A model generated the notes under the pieces. That model did no database searches and was not told the origin of the DNA. It saw only the letters and a program-made list of their open reading frames with translations. From NCBI GenBank assembly GCA_028712175.1, contig JAQTQQ010000001.1, positions 18,677 to 82,676 on the forward strand: DNA of 64,000 nucleotides, written 5' to 3'. Shown in pieces: positions 8,419-17,835 of this stretch. Numbering within the stretch: position 1 is the stretch's first letter; every line of letters begins with the position of its first letter. A program made the translations under genes and the position numbers. Origin of the DNA: Candidatus Omnitrophota bacterium (GTDB lineage Bacteria > Omnitrophota > Gorgyraeia > Gygaellales > Profunditerraquicolaceae).

Positions 8419-10352
8419 TCTTTCAGCTCTAACGGATTAAAACCATAATAAGCAAACAGGGCATACACTGTGCCAGAAACTGACCCCGTATGCTTGCCCT
8501 TTGGGGTCATCCAGCCATGCCCTGTATCTACATGATCGCTGGTTGCGTAAGGAAGGCAGCCTTGGCCCTGCCCCGAAGGCGAAGAGCTGGAGATGATCAT
8601 ATTGCCCAGCTGGCTTAAATACATCTCTGATTTTTTCTTATATTTATCCGCATTGGCCAAATTGCCTTTTTTGGCATAAAAATCTTCCATGATCTTATAC
8701 GATACGATCATCTGCGCGGTCCACTCCGAAGAAACAACTCCACCTCTTGCAACATGGCGGCTGGGCGCGAAATCAAAACCTTTTATTTTTACAACTTGAT
8801 TATTCGCACGCAGGAAATTCGCTTCAACACTGCAATTATCCTCAACAAATTCCAGAATTTTATCCGGATCCATTCCTAACTCCAGCAGCTTTTGCGGGCC
8901 GATGGCGGCAATTGACCAGGCATAAGTATCTGTAGCTATAGTAGAATCCCCTTTTCCGCGCTTGACCGGTAAATCCTTGCGGTCATAGGTATTCTTGACA
9001 ATCCAATTAATAACCTTTTCAGCAGCATTGGAATATTGCCTATCTTGCGTAACTTTAGCCAGCATATTGAAAAACGCATAAGCATCAAGATTGTGTTCGG
9101 TAGAATACCACTCAACCGCCGGGCCGCCGCGAATGCCTCCATCGAAATCTTTGTCTTGCATTTGCATAATCACAGAGGCAATACTTTTGGCTAAAGCCAA
9201 ATAACTGTTATCTTGAGTTTTTTGCATATACTGCATAATAGCAATGCCTAACCAGATATTCGGGCCGCTATGCATTATGAATTCCGCCGGTCCGCCATCG
9301 TCGACATAATAAGCATTAAGAAACCATCCGTTTTCTCTTTTGGCGTTATGAGCAAAAAAACCCAGTATCTTCTGTGCGCGGTTATAATCTCCAAATTGCG
9401 TATAAGCCTGGACAAGCAGCGCTAAATCATAAGTAAATGACCAGTTAGCGATCTCTTTATCGCCCTCAAAACTCATCACCAATCCCGTACGGCTGTTTTG
9501 ATGAATTTTAAGCCATTGATACATCTTGTCAAAATTAGCTTTTTCTAGTATTTCCTTTTTCTCATGCAGCTCAGACAACTCTTTGGCAACTTTAGTCTCG
9601 CTGATTAAAACAACGGCCAGCTGGCTTTCTAAAATTGCTTTCTCTTTTGTTAAATCGGAAATCAGGTCATTCAGCTGGTTAACACGGTTTAAATTACCTG
9701 TTTCTATCTGCGCTTTTTGCGACTCAATAGATTTAATGCGTTCCTCTAATATTCTCAACTTTGACTGGAAATTTTGGCGCTCGGCAGTGACCTTTTCAAT
9801 TTTTTGCCGGGCGAGCGTGGAATCTTTCAAAACTAAGGCCAGCTTTTCTACGAGCAGCTTATTACCGCTAGTTAGCTTAATATTTATATAGCTGTTAATA
9901 CCCAAAACTAAAACCAAGATTACTACGAGCGATGAAACTACCGGGACAAAAAGTTTCCTGAACCAGGCATAGCGCATTAATTTACTATTTTGATTTGCAG
10001 ATATCTGTTCATAATTTAACCCGATTAAATATTTGCGCTTATCGCCTCCGACATCCTGAACCCAAACAAAGCTGGCCCGGGCAGCAATAGGTTTATTGCT
10101 GATTGGAATATCAATCTCTAAGGATAGTTTGAATTTTCTCTCATCGAGCAGTTTGAGCAATTGCGGATCAGGATTATTTATACAAAGACATAGGCCTCCC
10201 GGGCCCACATTATTAGTAAACCCCTGCAGCCAGTTTGAAAGAAGGGTTTTTCCGTCTGGCGTTTCGAGGCGGAACTGCACCGGGAATACCGTATCTAGAC
10301 GCAAATACTTTCTTTGTTCCGGTTGCTGCTTTTTCTTGTCCTTTAAGCCCAT
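8415..10352 (-). CDS. PilZ-domain (c-di-GMP receptor-like) membrane protein with a coiled coil and a C-terminal (alpha/alpha)6 six-hairpin-glycosidase-like domain
   Basis: N-terminal RKYLRLD...NNVGPGGL matches the PilZ RxxxR / DxSxxG motifs. A TM helix (LFVPVVSSLVVILVLVLGI) is followed by about 120 aa of heptad-rich coiled coil. The Trp/Tyr-rich C-terminal domain (GWFLNAYYVDDGG...NIWLGIAIMQYM) looks like an alpha-toroid glycosidase. The fold of this last domain is my inference. Confidence 0.5.
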   Translation of the reverse strand: MGLKDKKKQQPEQRKYLRLDTVFPVQFRLETPDGKTLLSNWLQGFTNNVGPGGLCLCINNPDPQLLKLLDERKFKLSLEIDIPISNKPIAARASFVWVQDVGGDKRKYLIGLNYEQISANQNSKLMRYAWFRKLFVPVVSSLVVILVLVLGINSYINIKLTSGNKLLVEKLALVLKDSTLARQKIEKVTAERQNFQSKLRILEERIKSIESQKAQIETGNLNRVNQLNDLISDLTKEKAILESQLAVVLISETKVAKELSELHEKKEILEKANFDKMYQWLKIHQNSRTGLVMSFEGDKEIANWSFTYDLALLVQAYTQFGDYNRAQKILGFFAHNAKRENGWFLNAYYVDDGGPAEFIMHSGPNIWLGIAIMQYMQKTQDNSYLALAKSIASVIMQMQDKDFDGGIRGGPAVEWYSTEHNLDAYAFFNMLAKVTQDRQYSNAAEKVINWIVKNTYDRKDLPVKRGKGDSTIATDTYAWSIAAIGPQKLLELGMDPDKILEFVEDNCSVEANFLRANNQVVKIKGFDFAPSRHVARGGVVSSEWTAQMIVSYKIMEDFYAKKGNLANADKYKKKSEMYLSQLGNMIISSSSPSGQGQGCLPYATSDHVDTGHGWMTPKGKHTGSVSGTVYALFAYYGFNPLELKE

Positions 10353-10562
10353 TTTCCCCTTCTCCTAAATTAATCTTGCGAGCTATATTTTATAACAAAT
10401 GGCAGTTAATGCAATGTGAAATGTTTATATAATACTCTGCTAATTCAATTAACCGGCTTGTTTTGCTCCGGAGCGCAGCTTAAGAATCCTGCGCGGGCAT
10501 GGCGGTGCGGCTATATAACAATAAGAAAGAGGCAAAATTAGGTTCAAGCGGTGCGCCAAAGG

Positions 10563-10589
10563 ATAAAACAAGACGCAGCTAAACTGCGT
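10563..10589 (-). terminator. Rho-independent terminator downstream of the exonuclease gene
   Basis: On the minus strand the hairpin ACGCAG-uuuag-CUGCGU is followed by CUUGUUUUAUCC. Confidence 0.45.
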
Positions 10590-10606
10590 TAAAATATAGC
10601 TATAAA

Positions 10607-11197
10607 TCAAATTTTTGGTTTGAAAGCAAAGAGGTTAGAGAAACTAGCAAGGTCGGCAATTCCTTTTTCCTGGCAGAGTGCTTTAAGTTTGGTAAAAACC
10701 TCCCATGTCATCTCTACGTCGGCCAAAGCCCTGTGCTGCTGTACAGTTCTAATTTCCAGTTTCTGGGCGACAAACCAAAGGGGGTAACGCGCAAGCCCGG
10801 GCAACAGCTTCCTGGCCATGGTAAGAACGTCCAATACCAAGATATTATTAATTGCCGGCAAACCGATCAGTTTAAGTTCATTATTTAAAAAGCTCATGTC
10901 AAATTCAGCATTATATGAACACAGGCAGCTGCCTTTGGTAAAATCTAAGAATTTTGGCATTACCGCACCTATCTCCGGAACACCTTTAAGCATTTCAGGA
11001 GTAATTTTATTTACGGAAAATGCGCCCGCTGAAATGGCCCTGCCCGGATTAATCAGTTCATCGAATACAGCTATCCTCTCTTTGGCCCTGACCTTTAAAG
11101 CCGCCAGTTCAACCATGCGGTCACCTTCCTCCGGCTTTAACCCGGTAGTCTCGGTATCAAATATAGTAATTTCTATTTCATCAATGTTTTCAGGCAT
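10607..11197 (-). CDS. DEDDh 3'-5' exonuclease (DnaQ/epsilon-like)
   Basis: FDTETTG (Exo I), CSYNAEFDMSFL (Exo II) and HRALADV (Exo III). Confidence 0.75.
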   Translation of the reverse strand: MPENIDEIEITIFDTETTGLKPEEGDRMVELAALKVRAKERIAVFDELINPGRAISAGAFSVNKITPEMLKGVPEIGAVMPKFLDFTKGSCLCSYNAEFDMSFLNNELKLIGLPAINNILVLDVLTMARKLLPGLARYPLWFVAQKLEIRTVQQHRALADVEMTWEVFTKLKALCQEKGIADLASFSNLFAFKPKI

Positions 11198-12080
11198 CTC
11201 TGGTTACGATATAAGCCGGGGCCAATTGAACCGGTTTGTATGAAAGTTTTGTTTTACGTAAATTCTCTAAACCCGAATCATCCATAATATTAATATATTT
11301 ATAGCCTTTAAGCTCCTGTGCAAATTTGCGAAAGATAAATTGCGCAAGGCCCTTAAGGGAAAGGTCGGTTATCTCATAAAGTATGCAAAAAGTATCTTTG
11401 TTCAATTTATAACCGAAGCTAAATGCCTTGATTTTTTTATCCACCCTGATGAGAATACCCTCTAAATGCAGCTGCCCATAGTTAGCTAGGGCGTCTTTGA
11501 GCACCCGGCGGCTGTCCTCAAGCATGCCTCGGTAAACATCGTCGCTGCAGCAAAGCCTGCGCTCTGCCGCCCAGAGATTAAACAAATCCAATATTCCTGC
11601 CTTATCCGCTGGGCGCAAAGAACGCCAATCAAAATCATAATGTTTTACAAAATAATTATGGGAGGCGCGCTGCGATTTAAACCTGTTTCCTTTAAGGCTG
11701 GCTAAATCCTCCCTTAAACAGAGATAATCCGGATACTTTTCATGACAAAGATACCCTAGGGCGCGATAATACTCTAAATCGCTTTGCGGGATATTTTCAA
11801 TACGCGAGATATCCTTATTCTTATTACATTTATCCATAATCGCAAACGCCGCTCTTATCGCCTCGGGGTTAGGTTCTTTTGCCAGAGGAGGCAAATACAT
11901 AAAAGAGCCTATCTTATCTCTAAAAAATACACAAAGGCTATTTTTGATTATTTCCCACCTAATTTCATAAAGTGAGCGCCAAATAAAAATATTGGCAAAA
12001 GAAAATGGCGCAAGGCTATGCTCTAACATAGCCAGATACCTATTAAATAGATTCCGGTCTTTTAAGGTTAATTTCCGCAA
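11190..12080 (-). CDS. DUF2156-like protein (GNAT-fold, resembles the C-terminal lysyl-transferase domain of MprF)
   Basis: FSFANIFIWR near the N-terminus and a size of about 300 aa. The assignment rests on memory of the family pattern. Confidence 0.4.
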   Translation of the reverse strand: MRKLTLKDRNLFNRYLAMLEHSLAPFSFANIFIWRSLYEIRWEIIKNSLCVFFRDKIGSFMYLPPLAKEPNPEAIRAAFAIMDKCNKNKDISRIENIPQSDLEYYRALGYLCHEKYPDYLCLREDLASLKGNRFKSQRASHNYFVKHYDFDWRSLRPADKAGILDLFNLWAAERRLCCSDDVYRGMLEDSRRVLKDALANYGQLHLEGILIRVDKKIKAFSFGYKLNKDTFCILYEITDLSLKGLAQFIFRKFAQELKGYKYINIMDDSGLENLRKTKLSYKPVQLAPAYIVTRDA

Positions 12081-12555
12081 CTTCCCTTACCTCTTCGTAC
12101 GCTTGAATAATCTGGGGGTTACTCTTAAGAATATTTAGTTGTTTTGGTGTATTAAGGTAATCCGTCAAATAAGCAATATAATCTTTTGCCTGGATGCTGT
12201 TTATATTTTCATGAACATACGGGCAATTTAAATCAACCGTCAGGAGCACCTTCCCTTTGCGGAGGTTAATGAGAAACGGATACAGTTGGCATTCAAATGG
12301 CCGGATTTGATAAATTTTACAGTTGTTGTCTTGGGCCCCTAAATACGGGCAAACAAAATATGCGCCATCATGGCTGGCTACGGGTGTAATACGGCGGTTA
12401 ATAGAAATCGAGGCAACAGGAATATCTGATCGGTCCAATAACCCCTGGATCTCTTCATCCAGGAGACAGGGGCTCCAAACGGAATCTGCCTCTTTAAAGC
12501 GGCAGCAGCCTTTACATTCTATACAAAATTCCGAAGGGACAAACTGTTTGATCAT
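12043..12555 (-). CDS. YkgJ-family cysteine-cluster protein (UPF0153)
   Basis: CIECKGCC (CxxCxxCC) plus later CPYL...C, CQLYPF and CPY motifs. Confidence 0.6.
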   Translation of the reverse strand: MIKQFVPSEFCIECKGCCRFKEADSVWSPCLLDEEIQGLLDRSDIPVASISINRRITPVASHDGAYFVCPYLGAQDNNCKIYQIRPFECQLYPFLINLRKGKVLLTVDLNCPYVHENINSIQAKDYIAYLTDYLNTPKQLNILKSNPQIIQAYEEVREVAEINLKRPESI

Positions 12556-12872
12556 TTCACAATACTCCCGAGTTTTAATTTTTTCTCAGGGCAAAGAACT
12601 GCAATCCCGCTCTCATCCGAACCCGCCAGAATCATCCCCTGGCTTTCTATGCCGCGTAAAACTACCGGTTCCAAATTATCTATCAATACAACCTGCTTAC
12701 CTATAAGCTCTTCTTTAGTATAAAAAACCCTGATCCCCGCAACCACCTGTTTTTGCCGGTCGCCTAAATCCAGCTTTAAAATTAATAATTTGTCCGCGTT
12801 CGGATGATCATTAACTTCTATAATTTCTGCCACCCTTAATTCTAATTTCTTAAAATCATCGATTGAAGCCAT
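12552..12872 (-). CDS. Standalone tRNA-binding (Myf/EMAP/CsaA-like OB-fold) protein
   Basis: VNDHPNADKLLILKLDLGDRQKQVVAGI...GIESQGMILA is the tRNA-binding domain normally found at the PheT N-terminus or MetG C-terminus. Confidence 0.75.
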   Translation of the reverse strand: MASIDDFKKLELRVAEIIEVNDHPNADKLLILKLDLGDRQKQVVAGIRVFYTKEELIGKQVVLIDNLEPVVLRGIESQGMILAGSDESGIAVLCPEKKLKLGSIVK

Positions 12873-12905
12873 TCTAAAAACCTCCTTATTCCAAAATATG
12901 TCCGC

Positions 12906-14432
12906 TTAAAATTTTAACTCCGCATAAAACTCAACCTGATAGGCATTATTCGCCGATCCGTCACCGCGCAGATAAGGGCTGAATATACTGCCATCCGTAT
13001 CATCGCGCCTTTCTTTATAAAACTTACCCGGGATAAAGACCCCGCCTAAACACCCAACTGTTAAATGCGTGTTCACTCTATAGTCAATAAATAAATCCGC
13101 TTCATAACCTAAATCCCGGGAAAGATACCTGCCTTGGCCGTCTAAAGTTCCAACCGGCCTGGCAAACGCCATGAGATAATACCCGTATAAACTTACGCAA
13201 AGCTTGTCTGTAAAATTATAATCAAATCCGGCCGAAGGCATAATTAAATTTTCAAAATCGCCAGGAGAGAATGTGCCCGGGCGCGGCACGCCATAATTTA
13301 GGCCAAACCCTCCGCTCATAGCAACAATAGGAAGCATGTCCACGTTGCTGCTGCTTATAGCATCACTCAAATTCATATTTGTAGGCGAGGCATAACTAAA
13401 AGCGCGGTTTTTACTGCCTCCATATAGCGTATCTGCGCTCTCTGCATCTTGGGGAGTAGTTTTATTTCCGGAACAAAATAAAAATTGCAGCTCTGGAACA
13501 AATTTTCCAAGAACATAATCAATCCCAGAATAAAAAATATATCCGGTATGCGCGATATCCTTATAATTGCTGTCTGCGCTTTTAGCTAATCCAAAGTTAT
13601 GGGCCGCTTCTATTTTCAGATTAAAATCAGCCCCATTATACTCCCATGCGGTGCCAATTGTACCCAGAAAATCCCTGTTAACCGGGGTGGAAAAAAGATT
13701 ATCTCTTTTCCCTTCTGAAGTATAATCAGCCAACATGCCGATATACGGCCAAAAGCTCTGGCTGCCTGCGGTAATTTTAACATCCGCGGCAAAGAAATTA
13801 GCGGCATTAGGCTCATAACTCTGCCCCTGTTCATCCTCCTGGCGGATATACGGGCCTAAAGGATTCTTATAAACCAAGTCCGGCTTGCAATAATAAATGC
13901 GCCATAATAAATTCTGTGTTTCTCGATAAAGCGTAAATCCGTAATTTTCATAACTGCCATTAAGAGAAAACCCGTTGCCAACTTCATAAACATATGACCC
14001 CGCCTTAAACCTATAATTATCAAAGAGTTTGGAATCAAGCCAAAACTCCTCAACTGACGGTAAAAGTTCTATGCCTCGGTAACTCTCTATTCTGCCGCCA
14101 GAGGTAACTAGTGTATTATGCACAAAAATGGGGGCGCTATAATCATATGGGCCGTTCCGCTCAAGTTTAATATACAGCTTACTTTCCTGGTCCTTAAAAT
14201 CAGCGGTAAGCCCGAAACTATAATCAATACCTAAATATGCAGTATGGTCATCCTTATTATGGCTATCCAAGCTAACTACATTTTTAAGGTTCACTAAATC
14301 CGTGCGCAGACAAGTATCCAGACTAATCCCCAATTGCCCGTTATTGATAAGCTCATGGCTGTATGCGCAAGAGATACTGCTTAAGGTTAAGGCTGAGGGC
14401 AAGGTTAAGAAAAAGAAAATTTTTCTCAGCAT
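12906..14432 (-). CDS. Outer-membrane beta-barrel protein (porin/exporter-like)
   Basis: There is an N-terminal signal peptide. The protein is rich in alternating aromatic/Gly beta-strand patterns and ends in ...YAELKF, a C-terminal Phe typical of OMP sorting. Confidence 0.55.
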   Translation of the reverse strand: MLRKIFFFLTLPSALTLSSISCAYSHELINNGQLGISLDTCLRTDLVNLKNVVSLDSHNKDDHTAYLGIDYSFGLTADFKDQESKLYIKLERNGPYDYSAPIFVHNTLVTSGGRIESYRGIELLPSVEEFWLDSKLFDNYRFKAGSYVYEVGNGFSLNGSYENYGFTLYRETQNLLWRIYYCKPDLVYKNPLGPYIRQEDEQGQSYEPNAANFFAADVKITAGSQSFWPYIGMLADYTSEGKRDNLFSTPVNRDFLGTIGTAWEYNGADFNLKIEAAHNFGLAKSADSNYKDIAHTGYIFYSGIDYVLGKFVPELQFLFCSGNKTTPQDAESADTLYGGSKNRAFSYASPTNMNLSDAISSSNVDMLPIVAMSGGFGLNYGVPRPGTFSPGDFENLIMPSAGFDYNFTDKLCVSLYGYYLMAFARPVGTLDGQGRYLSRDLGYEADLFIDYRVNTHLTVGCLGGVFIPGKFYKERRDDTDGSIFSPYLRGDGSANNAYQVEFYAELKF

Positions 14433-14556
14433 TTTCTTATATTATCATTGCCGGATAGAAAACTCAAGATAAAGTAAGTGGATTTATGGTTTTTTTTAAT
14501 GTATACTTTGAGTAGGAAAGAGCTGCTTCATTGCTTTTACAAAAGGAAGGTTCGCG

Positions 14557-15003
14557 ATGGATTGGGGATCGAAAAAAGGGTTTGCTTTACCGGAAATGCT
14601 CTTAGCTGCATTAATCGCCTCGTTTGCGCTCTGCGGCATTTTATTGACTTATATTGCCTGCATGGATTCTATCAAAATATCAAAAAATGCCAGTATCGCT
14701 ACCAGCGCAGCCCAAGGGTTAATTGAGGAGATCCGCAGCACCCCCTTCCCGCAGATTATTACCAATTATGACCGGCTTAATTTTACTGTTAACGGTATTG
14801 CCAACAATAGAGGCATAATCTATATTGATGACTCAAACCCGGAGTTCCTGCTGGTGACGGTGAGTGTCTCTTGGCAGGAGGGCAACAGGATAATCGGCGA
14901 AGATTTAAACTTGAACGGCACGCTTGATACGGGAGAAGATGTTAACGGAAACGGGATTCTTGATTCAACTGTGAAGCTGGTCACGCAAGTGGCTAACCGA
15001 TAA
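14557..15003 (+). CDS. Prepilin-type N-terminal cleavage/methylation domain protein (pseudopilin/minor pilin)
   Basis: KKGFALPEMLLAALIASFAL is a class III signal with G|F...E(+5) followed by a hydrophobic helix. Confidence 0.6.
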   Translation: MDWGSKKGFALPEMLLAALIASFALCGILLTYIACMDSIKISKNASIATSAAQGLIEEIRSTPFPQIITNYDRLNFTVNGIANNRGIIYIDDSNPEFLLVTVSVSWQEGNRIIGEDLNLNGTLDTGEDVNGNGILDSTVKLVTQVANR

Positions 15004-15007
15004 AAAA

Positions 15008-15523
15008 ATGAGAGGCTTAACTTTAGTCGAAATCTTGGTCGCCATACTAATATTCTCTATCATTATGATAGCCATCGGGCTTACTGTGGTTGCAGGTAAA
15101 AATTCATTATTTACGAGCGACACACCGACCCAGCTTCGGCAGAATATTTTATTTTCTATTATGACAATGTCCCGGGAGTTACGCCAGACATCCCCTTCAA
15201 GGACAAATTTGGCCGAAGGCGCAAGCGCGAACTCCATTACGTTCCAAGTCCCCTTTGATAACAACGCTGACGGTATTGTCGTTGATAGCGTGGGCAATAT
15301 AGAATGGGGCAGCAATATTACTTATTCACTTGACGGCTCAAATCAGCTTATTCGCACACAGTCAGGAGTAAGCTCGGTTATTGCTCCTAATATCGTTGTT
15401 TTACAATTTAGCAGGCAGGCAGGAGAAAATAGAATCATCCAAATTGATATTACCGCTCAAAATATAAGCAGCGCGGGGAATTGGCAAGACCAAGAGCAGG
15501 CGATATTAAAGATGAGGAATTAA
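15008..15523 (+). CDS. Prepilin-type pseudopilin/minor pilin
   Basis: MRGLTLVEILVAILIF gives G|LTLVE with Glu at +5. Confidence 0.65.
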   Translation: MRGLTLVEILVAILIFSIIMIAIGLTVVAGKNSLFTSDTPTQLRQNILFSIMTMSRELRQTSPSRTNLAEGASANSITFQVPFDNNADGIVVDSVGNIEWGSNITYSLDGSNQLIRTQSGVSSVIAPNIVVLQFSRQAGENRIIQIDITAQNISSAGNWQDQEQAILKMRN

Positions 15524-15524
15524 T

Positions 15525-16826
15525 ATGCATAACCTTTTTAAAAAACTTAATAATAAGGGAATCGCACTTATCGCCACCTATATGGCAATAACTATACTGC
15601 TTGCTTTTTCAGGATTTATCGTGGAGGTAGGCAACTCTCAGAACAAAACAACAAATACTTTTAAAAGGCAGGCTCAGGCAACAGCTATTGCCGAAGCAGG
15701 TCTTGACCGCGCGCTCATATGGTTAAGGAGCCAGCCTACTCCTCCGGGAAGCTCCACCAATCCCTGGGGAGGGCCGCAAACCCTTGGAATCCCGGCTATC
15801 GGCGCCTATAGCGTTACTATCACCGACCTTGGCTCACCCGGTGGCTCACCCAGCGTAAAGAGATACCGCGTAGCTTCAGTCGGAACGGCGGGCGGGATAA
15901 ACCGGACATTAACTAATTATTTACAAACAGATAATTACGCAAGATACATATGGTTCACTGACAGTGAAAGCTATGGCGGTACAAACGTGTGGTTCTGGGA
16001 CCAAGACATTCTAAACGGGCCGGTACATACCAATAGTCATTTTAATATCAAAGGCGACCCTGTGTTTGACGGAGAGGTGCGCTCCGTAGATGGTTATATA
16101 CGATATTATAACAACGGCAACAATATTAATTCATCTAATTTAAGCAATCCTCCTTATGATCTGCCTGATTTTCGTAGTACGGTAACCTTGGGGGCGGATG
16201 GAACGAACATGCCTACTCAAGCCTTAAGCCTACGCAGCGCCTCTACCAGCGCTGGAGGACTCAGGCTTACCGGAAATTCTACGGTTGTTTTAAACTCAAA
16301 TGGCACAATGAATGTTACTAATTCTGCAAAAGGATGGAATAACCGCAATATGTCCTTGCCTTCTAACGGCGCCCTTTTTGTCAATAGCGGCACTCTCACT
16401 ATTTCCGGAACGCTTAACGGCAGATTAACCGCAGGTTCAAGCCGGGATATTATTATCCCTAATAATATAGTTTACTCTAATGATCCAGCCATAGACCCAG
16501 CGTCTACCGATACCCTGGGGCTGATATCCGAAGAAGATGTAATGATTAGTAGCGGCGCACCGACTAATTTAAGGATAGACGCATCTATTATGGCATTAAA
16601 TACATCATTTATGCTAACCAACTGGTGGGTTGGCCCGGCCAAAGGGACACTGACTGTTTTTGGGGGAATAATCCAGAAGGAGCGTGGCCCGGTAGGGACT
16701 TTTAGCGGAACAACCAAAGTTTCCGGCTATTCTAAAAATTACCAGTATGACACAAGATTATTAAACTCTCCTCCGCCGTTTGTTCCGACTACAGGAGACT
16801 ATATTACATTATCGTGGGAGAACTAA
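15525..16826 (+). CDS. Large PilX-like pilus-associated protein (possible tip adhesin)
   Basis: A PilX_N-like hydrophobic N-terminus (KGIALIATYMAITILL) is followed by about 380 aa rich in N-x-S/T and Gly beta-strand repeats. Confidence 0.4.
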   Translation: MHNLFKKLNNKGIALIATYMAITILLAFSGFIVEVGNSQNKTTNTFKRQAQATAIAEAGLDRALIWLRSQPTPPGSSTNPWGGPQTLGIPAIGAYSVTITDLGSPGGSPSVKRYRVASVGTAGGINRTLTNYLQTDNYARYIWFTDSESYGGTNVWFWDQDILNGPVHTNSHFNIKGDPVFDGEVRSVDGYIRYYNNGNNINSSNLSNPPYDLPDFRSTVTLGADGTNMPTQALSLRSASTSAGGLRLTGNSTVVLNSNGTMNVTNSAKGWNNRNMSLPSNGALFVNSGTLTISGTLNGRLTAGSSRDIIIPNNIVYSNDPAIDPASTDTLGLISEEDVMISSGAPTNLRIDASIMALNTSFMLTNWWVGPAKGTLTVFGGIIQKERGPVGTFSGTTKVSGYSKNYQYDTRLLNSPPPFVPTTGDYITLSWEN

Positions 16827-16829
16827 AAT

Positions 16830-17252
16830 ATGAAAATTAGGTGGCTAATTATCTTATCTGCTATTTTTATGGGAATAATATTTATAAGCCTGCTTATTAC
16901 TCAACAACATAACAATACCGCTTCCTTAATGGAAGAACAAAAACCGCAAAATACGCAATTAACAAATAACTTGCAAATTGCCCCTGCGCGCATAATCCCA
17001 ACACCACAGCAGATGCCCGCGGTTAAAAGCGCAATTACTGTAATTAAAACTTCCGCGAGTGAAGCGCAAAACAAGGTCCCTGCGGCAGGACCCCTAAAAA
17101 GCATCCCGGCAATAAAAAGTACCCCCTCCAAAAACAGTTTAGCAAACACCGCAATGGAAAGCAGCGCTCAGGCAGGCATAACAATAGTGGGCAAACGCCC
17201 CACCCCCAAAGAAGCTCAAGAAATGAACTCAGCAGGAATAGTGATGTATTAA
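16830..17252 (+). CDS. Hypothetical membrane-anchored Pro/Ala/Thr-rich protein
   Basis: It has an N-terminal TM helix, a low-complexity tail and a start codon 4 nt after the stop of the preceding gene. Confidence 0.3.
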   Translation: MKIRWLIILSAIFMGIIFISLLITQQHNNTASLMEEQKPQNTQLTNNLQIAPARIIPTPQQMPAVKSAITVIKTSASEAQNKVPAAGPLKSIPAIKSTPSKNSLANTAMESSAQAGITIVGKRPTPKEAQEMNSAGIVMY

Positions 17253-17280
17253 ACTTGCGGTGGATTTCCGAAGAAATTAC

Positions 17281-17359
17281 TGGCGGGGCCGACGAGATTC
17301 GGACTCGCGATCTCCTCCGTGACAGGGAGGCGCTTTAAACCAGGCTAAGCTACGACCCC
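17281..17359 (-). tRNA. tRNA-Asp (GTC), CCA encoded
   Basis: The reverse complement is GGGGTCGTAGCTTAGCCTGG...CCTCC-CTGTCAC-GGAGG...GCGAG-TCCGAAT-CTCGT-CGGCCCC-G-CCA, a full cloverleaf with anticodon GUC. Confidence 0.8.
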
Positions 17360-17532
17360 ATTATTAGACTATGGTCTATAGACTATAGACGATAAAACCA
17401 TGGGTTTATATATTGTAAACAAATTTCAAAGAATTGCAAACTATTTATTCTTAAAAACTCGCATTACAGCGATCAATGATTCTATAGACCATTGTCTATA
17501 GACTTTCGACTCTGAAGTTTTGATGAAAACAA

Positions 17533-17606
17533 TGGGCGATAGAGGACTTGAACCCCTGACCCTCTGAATGTAAATCAGATGCTCTAACCAACTGAGCTAA
17601 TCGCCC
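17533..17606 (-). tRNA. tRNA-Val (TAC)
   Basis: The reverse complement is GGGCGAT-TA-GCTC-AGTTGGTTA-GAGC-A-TCTGA-TTTACAT-TCAGA-GGGTC-AGGGG-TTCAAGT-CCTCT-ATCGCCC-A. Confidence 0.8.
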
Positions 17607-17835
17607 TCGAATTTAGGCTACTTTTCCTTACGGTTAGCGTGTCCGCCAAAGCATTATGGCGGAGAGCTAATCGCCCAACAAATACAGAATTTAATTACAA
17701 TCAGCCAAATCCCGGAAAAGATAAATCAATCACACGAATAATTTGTCTTAATCTATCACTAAAGCTCCGGGATTACAAGCAAAATGGCTTTTCTGCCTAC
17801 TGTGCCTAAAAGCACATTTCTGGATTTAGTAAACC

